DNA from: a virus
Virus record (IMG/VR): IMGVR_UViG_3300029171_000001
DNA: 31,572 nucleotides
Direction: 5' to 3' (one strand)
Part shown: positions 1-7,383 of the stretch, one piece after another
Layout: each line of letters starts with the position of its first letter
Numbering within the stretch: the first letter of the stretch is position 1
The notes under the pieces: generated by a model
The model's input: only the letters and a program-made list of their open reading frames with translations
Told to the model about the DNA's origin: nothing
Database searches by the model: none
Made by a program: the position numbers and the translations under genes

Positions 1-385
1 GTTTCCCAGTCACGATCCCATGTTTAATAAATTCTATAGGTTTTCCTTGATAAAGGATTAAATGTTTCTTGATACATATTTGCGCTATGTCTTTATAATA
101 ATTAACAGTGCCAGGTTGTTTATTGTGAGATGTTACCATTCCAAAATTATTCATATACCCATGAGAATTATCTTGTGTACTAATCAGTTTACTATATTTA
201 ATATAAGATAAAATTTCCCAATGTTGTTCAAATTCTTCTTTGGTGAACTCATACTCTTTATCTTTATCTCCTTTAATATCAAATTGATAGACGTGATATT
301 TTTTTCCTATTGATAAGAAAAAAGCGCAATTATATTGATTTTCTCTAAGATTTTTTGGCCAACAATAAATCTTTAAATTTTTCAT
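1..385 (-). CDS. hypothetical protein, runs off window edge
   Basis: ATG at 385 (MKNLKIYCWP...), frame open to position 1. Confidence 0.5.
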   Translation of the reverse strand, partial: MKNLKIYCWPKNLRENQYNCAFFLSIGKKYHVYQFDIKGDKDKEYEFTKEEFEQHWEILSYIKYSKLISTQDNSHGYMNNFGMVTSHNKQPGTVNYYKDIAQICIKKHLILYQGKPIEFIKHGIVTGK

Positions 386-472
386 ACTTGAATCTGGTCG
401 CTTTTATTTTTTCTTATTATACGTTTTTAGGCAAAGAAAGATGATAGAGTCTCATTAGAATTTTCAATTGCA

Positions 473-784
473 TCATCTATTTTTAGAATCTCTATCATTT
501 TCTTTTGAGATGGTTTTTTTTATTTCTTGTGTAAGCAATTTTGTTAATTCTTTTTCAGCATCCAAATGTTGGAAATACCCCACATTAAATCCAGATATTG
601 GCTCCCACTTAACTGTTATTGGATAATAAACCTGATATTTACCCTGATGTGTTTTTAACCACTCATCTACAAATAAAACCTCATATGCGTTTTTTTGTTT
701 TAAATTTACTGCACTCTTTAAAATTTCTGAATTAATTTCAGCAGAAATTTGTGCTACAATTTCTTTATCTGTTTGATATCCCAT
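473..784 (-). CDS. hypothetical protein
   Basis: 103 aa ORF, co-oriented with neighbours. Confidence 0.6.
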   Translation of the reverse strand: MGYQTDKEIVAQISAEINSEILKSAVNLKQKNAYEVLFVDEWLKTHQGKYQVYYPITVKWEPISGFNVGYFQHLDAEKELTKLLTQEIKKTISKENDRDSKNR

Positions 785-811
785 ACTTTTAATTTTTTAC
801 TTCTATCACAA

Positions 812-1198
812 TTAATTTGTTACACTAAATCCTTGTGAACAATTCCACCCAGCACGTCCAGAGCTTCCTACTCCCACTAATTTGTTTATTTTTTTAATAT
901 CATCCTTTGAACCTTTAAATAAGCAAACTGATTTATAGCCTCTTGGAATATAATTAATAGATTTACCATGTCCAGTGTTTACTTTTACAAGTTCCAGATC
1001 AAAATCAAATAAAAATTGCTTATCCAATGACAAGTTGTGGTTAAAAATTTTTGTAATCTTTTCACCAACTCGTATTTCTTGATTAGAATAGCCAAAGAAA
1101 AGAATAACAGTGTTTTCACTCAATTCAAACTCTACATCTTTCAATACAATTTTTTCTGTACAACGACCATGCACATATAATCTAAAATCCATATTCAA
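812..1198 (-). CDS. hypothetical protein
   Basis: 128 aa ORF; TAnnTTTG element at 1196-1203 suggests the downstream ATG is the start. Confidence 0.6.
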   Translation of the reverse strand: MNMDFRLYVHGRCTEKIVLKDVEFELSENTVILFFGYSNQEIRVGEKITKIFNHNLSLDKQFLFDFDLELVKVNTGHGKSINYIPRGYKSVCLFKGSKDDIKKINKLVGVGSSGRAGWNCSQGFSVTN

Positions 1199-1205
1199 AT
1201 ATAAT

Positions 1206-1235
1206 AAAAAAGAGCAATAATCAAATTGCTCTTTT
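1206..1235 (-). terminator. intrinsic terminator ending the Leu/Cys tRNA operon
   Basis: AAAAGAGCAAT...ATTGCTCTTTT hairpin with U tract. Confidence 0.65.
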
Positions 1236-1239
1236 CAAT

Positions 1240-1313
1240 TGGAGGTCCTGACTGGATTTTAACCAGTGTAGCAGCTTTTGCAGAGCTGAGCCTTTTCTCT
1301 CGGCCACAGGACC
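1240..1313 (-). tRNA. tRNA-Cys(GCA)
   Basis: cloverleaf, loop CT-GCA-AA, encoded CCA; atypical T loop TTAAAAT. Confidence 0.85.
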
Positions 1314-1318
1314 ATTGA

Positions 1319-1395
1319 GACACCGACTGGAATCGAACCAGCATTTAATTAGTTTTGCAGACTAATCCCGCTATCCACGTATTGGGTACGGTGTC
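1319..1395 (-). tRNA. tRNA-Cys(GCA)
   Basis: GACACCG/CGGTGTC acceptor, loop CTGCAAA, TTCGATT T loop. Confidence 0.85.
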
Positions 1396-1399
1396 ATGT

Positions 1400-1457
1400 T
1401 ATACCCGAACAGGTATAGAAACTACATTTTTATAGAAACTATACCCGATCAGGTATA
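1400..1457. repeat. two near-palindromic 18-mers TATACCCGAWCAGGTATA, 40 bp apart
   Basis: copies at 1400-1417 and 1440-1457. Confidence 0.8.
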
Positions 1458-1459
1458 AA

Positions 1460-2365
1460 TTAAGCAGCTTTTTTGTTTTTACTCTTCTTGTACTTACCTG
1501 TTCTTCTCTTCTTTTGTTTATCACAAACGAAGTCTGCAGCACAATTAGCAGCCCAGCTATGAGGTTTATATCTTACCCTAAAACCTTGACCCTCTAAAGC
1601 AGCCTTCGCTCCTTCGTAAACATATGAAGATTTATTCTTCACATCTTTGTTGGTCATAGAAGCAAGGTAGCTTCTAAGTTTAGCTGGTTGTGTAAGTTGA
1701 ACATTCATTACATATTCCAACTCAGATTCGCTGATGTCATTCAACGAAAGAGTGTTTGTAGGATTTGTAACATTTATCAACCTGTCATTCTTTTCATCAA
1801 TGAAGTATTGTCTTCCCTTGATAAGAACCTTACCCTGAAGATCCTCTGGGATTTTAAAACCAGGGTCGATGTTAATATCTACGTCAAGTCCAATCAACTT
1901 ATTTTGGTGAGATGAATATCCTTGCGCAACAAGATCATCCATATTCATTCTCTTAACAACGCCATCAAGTTCTTTTTCAAGGTAGTTACCAAGATAAAGC
2001 ACACGCTCAACTTCACCCCAGATCTTTCCATAGATGCTAGATTCTTTAGCTGCTTTTACAAGTGCCTTATCTCTGTTTTTATCACCAGTTTTTTCTACCC
2101 ATAACCTCTCACTAGGTACAAGTTCTTTGTTGAAGATGTAGTGAACACCGTCACGTCTAAACTCATCGTAAAACGCAACCACACAAGCGTAAAGAGTGTT
2201 TCTACCCCTTTCTGCGGCATCGGCTCCGACAAAAACTTTGGTTCCTGGAAACTTCTTAAGATAGTTCCGAACATATTCACCAAGGTCTGGGATTAATTCA
2301 CCACCAAACTTCTTGAACCCTTTTTCAAGAGGAATTTTTTCTTCCATTTTTTCTACTGTTTTCAT
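1460..2365 (-). CDS. RNase H-like YkuK (DUF458) family protein with insertions
   Basis: motifs VFVGADA, YACVVAFY, WGEVER, LDVDIN, KPHSWAANCAAD. Confidence 0.7.
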   Translation of the reverse strand: MKTVEKMEEKIPLEKGFKKFGGELIPDLGEYVRNYLKKFPGTKVFVGADAAERGRNTLYACVVAFYDEFRRDGVHYIFNKELVPSERLWVEKTGDKNRDKALVKAAKESSIYGKIWGEVERVLYLGNYLEKELDGVVKRMNMDDLVAQGYSSHQNKLIGLDVDINIDPGFKIPEDLQGKVLIKGRQYFIDEKNDRLINVTNPTNTLSLNDISESELEYVMNVQLTQPAKLRSYLASMTNKDVKNKSSYVYEGAKAALEGQGFRVRYKPHSWAANCAADFVCDKQKKRRTGKYKKSKNKKAA

Positions 2366-2400
2366 AAATATATCTCAATTTTTACGAAAAACAAATTTTG

Positions 2401-2491
2401 TACTCCAGCTGGGATTTGAACCCAGATTGTGATCATTAATCCGTGAAGGATTTTAAGTCCTTTGCGTTTCAGCCAGTTTCGCCACTGGAGC
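2401..2491 (-). tRNA. tRNA-Leu(TAA)
   Basis: class II cloverleaf, loop CT-TAA-AA. Confidence 0.9.
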
Positions 2492-2551
2492 ATTTACCTT
2501 GTTCTTCTTGTTTATAATCGCTTCATTTCGTTTTTATTATTTTTATTTTTG

Positions 2552-2636
2552 TAGCCGAGGCGGGACTCGAACCCGCACGAGCGTAATGCTCACAGGATTT
2601 TAAGTCCTGCGTGTCTACCAATTCCACCACTCGGCC
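2552..2636 (-). tRNA. tRNA-Leu(TAA)
   Basis: canonical class II cloverleaf, loop CT-TAA-AA. Confidence 0.95.
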
Positions 2637-2651
2637 ATTTTAAGTATCGTT

Positions 2652-2688
2652 AAAAAAAAAGGACCCAGATTTAAGTCTGAGCCCTTTT
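2652..2688 (-). terminator. attenuator terminator upstream of Leu/Cys tRNAs
   Basis: AAAAGGGCTCAGA-cttaaa-TCTGGGTCC followed by T9. Confidence 0.85.
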
Positions 2689-2714
2689 ATCAAAAAAATA
2701 CTTTTTATAGATAC

Positions 2715-2828
2715 CTAAGAACTCAAACATAACGGTGCGCATAAACACAAAAAGCCATACCCTAGATCTGTTTTCACAGAAATAGATGGGCTCATTGACC
2801 ACGCTGTTATATTTTGATTTCTTTTCAT
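2715..2828 (-). CDS. putative Leu/Cys leader peptide, 37 aa
   Basis: MKRNQNITAWSMSPSISVKTDLGYGFLCLCAPLCLSS; lies between promoter motifs and terminator. Confidence 0.75.
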   Translation of the reverse strand: MKRNQNITAWSMSPSISVKTDLGYGFLCLCAPLCLSS

Positions 2829-2901
2829 CTTTTATAAATAAGCGGAAAAATTTCTTTTTCCAACACACAAATGTAATACTTTATTTTTTAATTTACAACA
2901 A

Positions 2902-2930
2902 TTATACGAAATATTTTTTAAAAGGTTACA
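2902..2930 (-). promoter_or_regulatory. ECF-type promoter TGTAAC-N16-CGTATAA
   Basis: one of six copies with identical spacing; TAnnTTTG also at 2868-2875. Confidence 0.7.
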
Positions 2931-2937
2931 TTTTTTA

Positions 2938-3132
2938 TTAATCCGTAAACGCTTTATAAGGTTCCCAACCCATTAACTCATAATGCTGCCTCATACAATC
3001 ATCTATGTCTTTACCAACAATTTCTCTAAGTTTTATAGCATCATGCTCTAAAAGTTTTTTAGATCTTTCATCACCTTTTTCAACAACAGTTACACTATTG
3101 TTAGATTCTGCTGTATAAATTTCTATTGTCAT
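2938..3132 (-). CDS. hypothetical protein
   Basis: 64 aa, TAATG overlap with upstream gene. Confidence 0.65.
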   Translation of the reverse strand: MTIEIYTAESNNSVTVVEKGDERSKKLLEHDAIKLREIVGKDIDDCMRQHYELMGWEPYKAFTD

Positions 3133-3617
3133 TACTTAAAATAACGTAAAAAAGGATGGTTGTATGGTTTTATTTTTGGCAAAGTAGATAAAAAATTTTT
3201 AAAAATTTTCAAGCCGCTTTTATCTGTTTGTTGCTCTAAGAAGTAGAGTAATTTTTCGCTTTCCTCTCTAGCTTTTTTCCAATCCACAGGACTATCTCTT
3301 TCTAAAAAAGACATAGCTTCTTGTTTTGTTATATAAACTTCATAATCAAGACATTCACTTTTTTGACTAACACCTATTGGTATTTCACATTCAAGAAAAA
3401 TTTTTTGAATTTCATTTGCTTTTTCCTGAGTAAGTTTGTCAACAAGAAAACCATCAATCACCTCTATTTTTTCCAACTGAACTACTTTAGTTCTCTTTTT
3501 TCCTTCTTTACGTACAAAATTTTTACTTTTATCTAATTTGGACCAAGGGCTTTTTTTTATAAACCATTCAACTTTAAATCTTTCGTTTAATTTCTGTATT
3601 ACTATTTCTATATCCAT
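3132..3617 (-). CDS. hypothetical protein
   Basis: probable start MDIEIV just after the HNH gene stop. Confidence 0.65.
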   Translation of the reverse strand: MDIEIVIQKLNERFKVEWFIKKSPWSKLDKSKNFVRKEGKKRTKVVQLEKIEVIDGFLVDKLTQEKANEIQKIFLECEIPIGVSQKSECLDYEVYITKQEAMSFLERDSPVDWKKAREESEKLLYFLEQQTDKSGLKIFKNFLSTLPKIKPYNHPFLRYFK

Positions 3618-3627
3618 TTTTACATTA

Positions 3628-4161
3628 TTATTTTTTCCACCTTCCAATTGTAGCGTGTGACACTCCATATTTATTAGCACACCACATTACACCATGTTCT
3701 TTAATTTCTTTTTTTAACTCATCTATGTCTGGCCTTACAAAGATTCTTTTGTTTTTTTCATTACAAGGCCTGCAGCGTTTATAAGTATAATTAATTTCAA
3801 CACCACAATCACAGCATTTCGGTTTATTAACCTTTGGTTTGTTTATCAAAATTGTTTGTTCAAGATTTTTCACTCGCTCTCTAACGTCTTTAACCAACAA
3901 ATCTTCATTATGCACTTCTCTATGACAATTAGCACAAACAACCAAACATTTTTCGAACTCCGATTCTATCCACTCCATTGTAGAATTAGAAAGTTTTCGC
4001 ATATCCAACTGACTTTCTTTAGCACCTGGATCTTTATGATGAAATTCAAATGCAGCCAAGTTTTTGTTATAACCACATTTTTCACAACATCCGCCTCGTT
4101 GATCTACAAGAAACAACTTACGTTTTAAACCTCTCAATTTTTGATATTCATATGTATTCAT
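3628..4161 (-). CDS. HNH endonuclease with C-terminal Zn-ribbon and HTH-like tail
   Basis: CEKCG...FEFHH...CANCHREVH; CxxC pairs; ANKYGVSHATIGRW. Confidence 0.85.
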   Translation of the reverse strand: MNTYEYQKLRGLKRKLFLVDQRGGCCEKCGYNKNLAAFEFHHKDPGAKESQLDMRKLSNSTMEWIESEFEKCLVVCANCHREVHNEDLLVKDVRERVKNLEQTILINKPKVNKPKCCDCGVEINYTYKRCRPCNEKNKRIFVRPDIDELKKEIKEHGVMWCANKYGVSHATIGRWKK

Positions 4162-4216
4162 ACTAATAAATAGTATAAAAAACTGAATATCAACATAAAA
4201 TTAAGGTTGATAGTTG

Positions 4217-4289
4217 TGGCCCCTGTCGGACTTGAACCGACGATCCCTTGATTATGAGTCAAGTGCTTTAACCACTAAGCTAAAGGGCC
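4217..4289 (-). tRNA. tRNA(CAT), probably Ile2 (lysidine)
   Basis: GGCCC acceptor start typical of Ile2; loop CT-CAT-AA. Confidence 0.85.
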
Positions 4290-4309
4290 TACAAAGAACG
4301 TTTAGGAAT

Positions 4310-4561
4310 TTACTCTTTCCATTGAGTGTTTCTATTATACTTCCAGGTTTTATATTCCCTGGCCTTGTACACATACACTGGCCTTCCACTTCCATGTCTT
4401 CCTTTTGAGCGCATGCTTTGAGGAGAACAGTCTATATAAAAAGAACCACTTCTTTTAGCACAAATGTAACAATAATCGTGATAATAATGTTTAGCGATTT
4501 TTGTATATTCTCTGCTTGTTTTTGCTTTATTCAGTTTAGCTCTGTTTCTGTTTATTGACAT
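4310..4561 (-). CDS. small basic hypothetical protein
   Basis: 83 aa with CxxC and terminal WKYNRNTQWK. Confidence 0.65.
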   Translation of the reverse strand: MSINRNRAKLNKAKTSREYTKIAKHYYHDYCYICAKRSGSFYIDCSPQSMRSKGRHGSGRPVYVYKAREYKTWKYNRNTQWKE

Positions 4562-4615
4562 CGGTCATCGTTTTAGAGATTAACCTAACGACATCCAGAT
4601 GCATATTTAAAAGGG

Positions 4616-4939
4616 TTATTCATTTTTTAATTCAATTTTAATATATTCTTCTATTGTGTTAAGAAGATGATTTGTTTGAAATTTTATTGAACCAATGGTG
4701 ATGCCAAACATTTCTAGTTCTCTTTTCGAAAATTTTCCATCTCTGATTGCTTCTGAAATTGCGAAAAACTGAGAAGTACCCGCCTTACTTGAAGACATCT
4801 CCTCTGAATCAAAACGTTTTAACATTTCATAAATAGCATCCCTTAGACTATGGTTGTTCCATTCCTCTTCTTCAAAGTTTAAAACAATATCCTTATTAAC
4901 AGGATATCCAACAACTGGTATGACAACTTTGCTTTTCAT
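4616..4939 (-). CDS. hypothetical protein
   Basis: probable start MKSKVV. Confidence 0.55.
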   Translation of the reverse strand: MKSKVVIPVVGYPVNKDIVLNFEEEEWNNHSLRDAIYEMLKRFDSEEMSSSKAGTSQFFAISEAIRDGKFSKRELEMFGITIGSIKFQTNHLLNTIEEYIKIELKNE

Positions 4940-5081
4940 GCTTTTTAAAATTTTGCCACTATACTCGCAACCACACAATCCATACAATAAAGTTTATCAC
5001 CAGAAATACAGCGAGACACTTTTAATAGATTGCAACTACAGGTATAACAAACAATGGTTTTATGTAACTTAATTTTTAATT

Positions 5082-5276
5082 TCATTTTTCTTTGGTTAGC
5101 GCTTTAAGACACATCATAAAAAAATCAGCCTGTTCTTTGGTTTTAATCACCTTGCTAAGTGAAGTTTCTATTGGTTTTTCTTTTGACCAATCCACTTTTA
5201 TCCCCTTAGTTTTTGCAAGCTCAATTATTTCATTAATCTTTTCTTGAACTTTTTGTTTGCTCAAATCTTTGTTCAT
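5082..5276 (-). CDS. hypothetical protein
   Basis: 64 aa, preceded by TATCTTTG at 5281-5288. Confidence 0.6.
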   Translation of the reverse strand: MNKDLSKQKVQEKINEIIELAKTKGIKVDWSKEKPIETSLSKVIKTKEQADFFMMCLKALTKEK

Positions 5277-5298
5277 GTTTCAAAGATACAAAAAAACC

Positions 5299-5955
5299 TT
5301 AAATCAACAAAGATAAATCTCCATTTACCTCTTCTTTTAATGCTCCTTCGCCAAACTCTAGCTTTAATCGCTCTAGCCAGTCATTTGTCTTGATTTTAAC
5401 AACCCAGACAGATCTGCTACCATCAGTCAAAACACCCTTGCACATAACACCTTCTTTTACCTTTCTTTTGCCCTCCCTCACAGAGAGTATAAATTCTTCA
5501 GTAAGTGGTCCTTGATAAATAACCTTTGGAATGTGAAGATTTCCGAAATCTTTAATAAATTGCTTGGGTTCTACAAAACTATTATTCGTATAATCACCTG
5601 GCGCTATATCAAATAACACAACATCCATTGTGTCTCCAGATTTGTGACGGCCAGCAAATGAATTCTCACCTACATACTCAGCAAATACTGTAAAGTTTTT
5701 TGTGTTTCTATAGTTTTTGCTCTTTGTGAAGATCTCCTCTAGGGCATCTCCATATTTTTTTTCAAACAAAGATACCACACCTTCAAATTGAGCACTACTA
5801 TCATTGATTAGATTGGTTCTGGTGCCAAATTTATACCACCCCTTATTCTTACTCCACTCCGCACGAAAATTTTGTCCATCTAGTTTATCAAATGCAATAA
5901 TATGAGAACCAATGAGACCCTGATTAAAATATTCAATATGTGGATATGCTTTTAT
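5299..5955 (-). CDS. RNA ligase family nucleotidyltransferase, apparent ATA start
   Basis: frame extends 59 codons above the tracked GTG and contains KLDG (motif I); also FAEY, VLFDI, KEGV, VKIK motifs. Confidence 0.75.
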   Translation of the reverse strand: MKAYPHIEYFNQGLIGSHIIAFDKLDGQNFRAEWSKNKGWYKFGTRTNLINDSSAQFEGVVSLFEKKYGDALEEIFTKSKNYRNTKNFTVFAEYVGENSFAGRHKSGDTMDVVLFDIAPGDYTNNSFVEPKQFIKDFGNLHIPKVIYQGPLTEEFILSVREGKRKVKEGVMCKGVLTDGSRSVWVVKIKTNDWLERLKLEFGEGALKEEVNGDLSLLI

Positions 5956-6143
5956 GGTATAAGTTTAATATTTTCTTTTTTAGAATCACTGTAATAACTC
6001 ACAGAATCCCCCTCAATTAATTTTTTAATTTGAGTAGCAGCGTCTTGAAAATCTTTTTTATAATGCTCAAGCTCAATGCCACGTATAAATGTGGAACTCA
6101 CAATAAGATCCACAATTTGTTCTTCTGTAATTTCTGTTTTCAT
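5952..6143 (-). CDS. hypothetical protein
   Basis: 63 aa, preceded by TATATTTG at 6148-6155. Confidence 0.6.
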   Translation of the reverse strand: MKTEITEEQIVDLIVSSTFIRGIELEHYKKDFQDAATQIKKLIEGDSVSYYSDSKKENIKLIP

Positions 6144-6165
6144 AAAACAAATATAACAATTTTTT

Positions 6166-6250
6166 TGGTAGTGGTGAGGGGGTTTGAACCCCTATTTTCA
6201 ACGACCAGTTACGTTTCTCCAAGGTATAAGCTTGGGACGGTACACCACTA
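6166..6250 (-). tRNA. atypical D-armless tRNA-like RNA, anticodon TAT (Ile)
   Basis: acceptor stem with CCA, CCAAG-CTTATAC-CTTGG arm, T arm; no D arm. Confidence 0.7.
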
Positions 6251-6255
6251 TATTG

Positions 6256-6337
6256 TCGGCCTGGAGGAATTTGAACCCACGTTTTCAACACCGCTACAAG
6301 TTATCCATCTTATCAGGATGGTCTGAGTACAGGCCGA
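6256..6337 (-). tRNA. atypical D-armless tRNA-like RNA, anticodon GAT (Ile)
   Basis: TCGGCCTG/CAGGCCGA stem, CCATC-CTGATAA-GATGG arm, T arm; no D arm. Confidence 0.7.
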
Positions 6338-6347
6338 TTGTTTTTTG

Positions 6348-6431
6348 TTGTGACGGCGGGGATCGAACCCACGTTGACATTTCTGTCCCATCTTATCAGG
6401 ATGGTGCCTAAAACCACTCGACCACGTCACA
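6348..6431 (-). tRNA. tRNA-Ile(GAT) with long variable arm
   Basis: cloverleaf; GACA-GAAA-TGTC variable hairpin. Confidence 0.85.
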
Positions 6432-6439
6432 ATATTAAG

Positions 6440-6514
6440 TAGTCCCAGACAGATTTGAACTGTCGACATCATGCGTATCAGGCAAGCGCTCTAACCAGGC
6501 TGAGCTATAGGACT
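6440..6514 (-). tRNA. tRNA-Ile(GAT)
   Basis: canonical cloverleaf, loop CT-GAT-AC. Confidence 0.9.
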
Positions 6515-6591
6515 ATGTGGGGGAAGCTTTGACATAGTGCATATGATATTGTCATCGCTTTTTTATATTCCGCCCCTTCGGGTTTTTATTT

Positions 6592-6816
6592 TCAAATTTG
6601 TGAAAGAACGATATTTCTTAAATTCTCCAAACTGAAATCTTGCACATTTTTTGCAAAATACATTCTGTAGCTTTCGTTTTGATTCAAAGGAAACACTGTT
6701 ATTACAACACTCCCAAATCTGGTGTGTTGTAACCAAACTCTTCTGAATCTATCTGCAAAAGAAGCAGCCAACTCCTTTTGTCTTTCAATCATATTTACAC
6801 TGTTCAAACTTTCCAT
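6592..6816 (-). CDS. hypothetical protein
   Basis: 74 aa ORF between tRNAs. Confidence 0.55.
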   Translation of the reverse strand: MESLNSVNMIERQKELAASFADRFRRVWLQHTRFGSVVITVFPLNQNESYRMYFAKNVQDFSLENLRNIVLSQI

Positions 6817-6835
6817 TTTATTCCTTTATTTTAAG

Positions 6836-6909
6836 TGACCCTGGGGAGGCTCGAACTCCCGACCTTGATGTTAAAAGCATCTTGCTACCACCAGCTGAGC
6901 TACAGAGTC
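6836..6909 (-). tRNA. tRNA-Lys(TTT)
   Basis: cloverleaf, loop CT-TTT-AA. Confidence 0.9.
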
Positions 6910-6919
6910 ATAATTTCTG

Positions 6920-7006
6920 TGCGTCTGGCAGGAGTCGAACCTGCGATGGAGTTTTACCTCACCCGCTTAAGAGGCGGGTCCTGTCGGCCACTAAGGGAAC
7001 AGACGC
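6920..7006 (-). tRNA. tRNA-Lys(CTT), long variable arm
   Basis: loop CT-CTT-AA. Confidence 0.85.
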
Positions 7007-7020
7007 AATTATTTTTTCTG

Positions 7021-7104
7021 TGCGCCTGGAGGGATTCGAACCCCCGATGGATTTTACTCGACTGGTTAAAAGCCAGTTGCTATCAGCCGCTAAGCGACAG
7101 GCGC
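7021..7104 (-). tRNA. tRNA-Lys(TTT), extended variable region
   Basis: loop CT-TTT-AA. Confidence 0.85.
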
Positions 7105-7118
7105 AGTTATGTTTTGTG

Positions 7119-7205
7119 TGCGCCTGACAGGATTCGAACCTGTGATTGAGCTTTCGCTCGTCTGCTTAAAAGGCAGTGCCGTTAGGCCTCTACGGGAACA
7201 GACGC
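7119..7205 (-). tRNA. tRNA-Lys(TTT), long variable arm
   Basis: loop CT-TTT-AA; GAGC-GAAA-GCTC variable hairpin. Confidence 0.85.
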
Positions 7206-7220
7206 AAATTTTATTTATTG

Positions 7221-7293
7221 TCCTCCCGCTTGGAATCGAACCAAGCCTTGTCGGTTAAAAGCCGAGTGCCTACTGCCAGTTTGCTACGAGAGG
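7221..7293 (-). tRNA. tRNA-Lys(TTT)
   Basis: loop CT-TTT-AA. Confidence 0.85.
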
Positions 7294-7383
7294 ATATGAT
7301 GAGATCATAGAGACTCGCAACTTTCTAGCCGTGGCGAATCCCTTATGGTTTCTTCTGTTTATATTTGAACATTTTTTTCATTT

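Noticed and set aside
1-16. Resemblance to the M13 forward primer (TTTCCCAGTCACGA)
   Set aside because: Only 14 nt match, in frame within a phage ORF, and no other vector sequence
417-445. Seventh ECF-type promoter
   Set aside because: CGTATAA is present but there is no TGNAAC at 16 nt spacing
2671-2868. Tracked 65 aa ORF as the leader peptide
   Set aside because: TTG start lies within the promoter elements and it runs into the terminator; the 37-codon ATG frame fits better
6836-7293. CRISPR-like repeat array
   Set aside because: The repeats are paralogous tRNA-Lys genes
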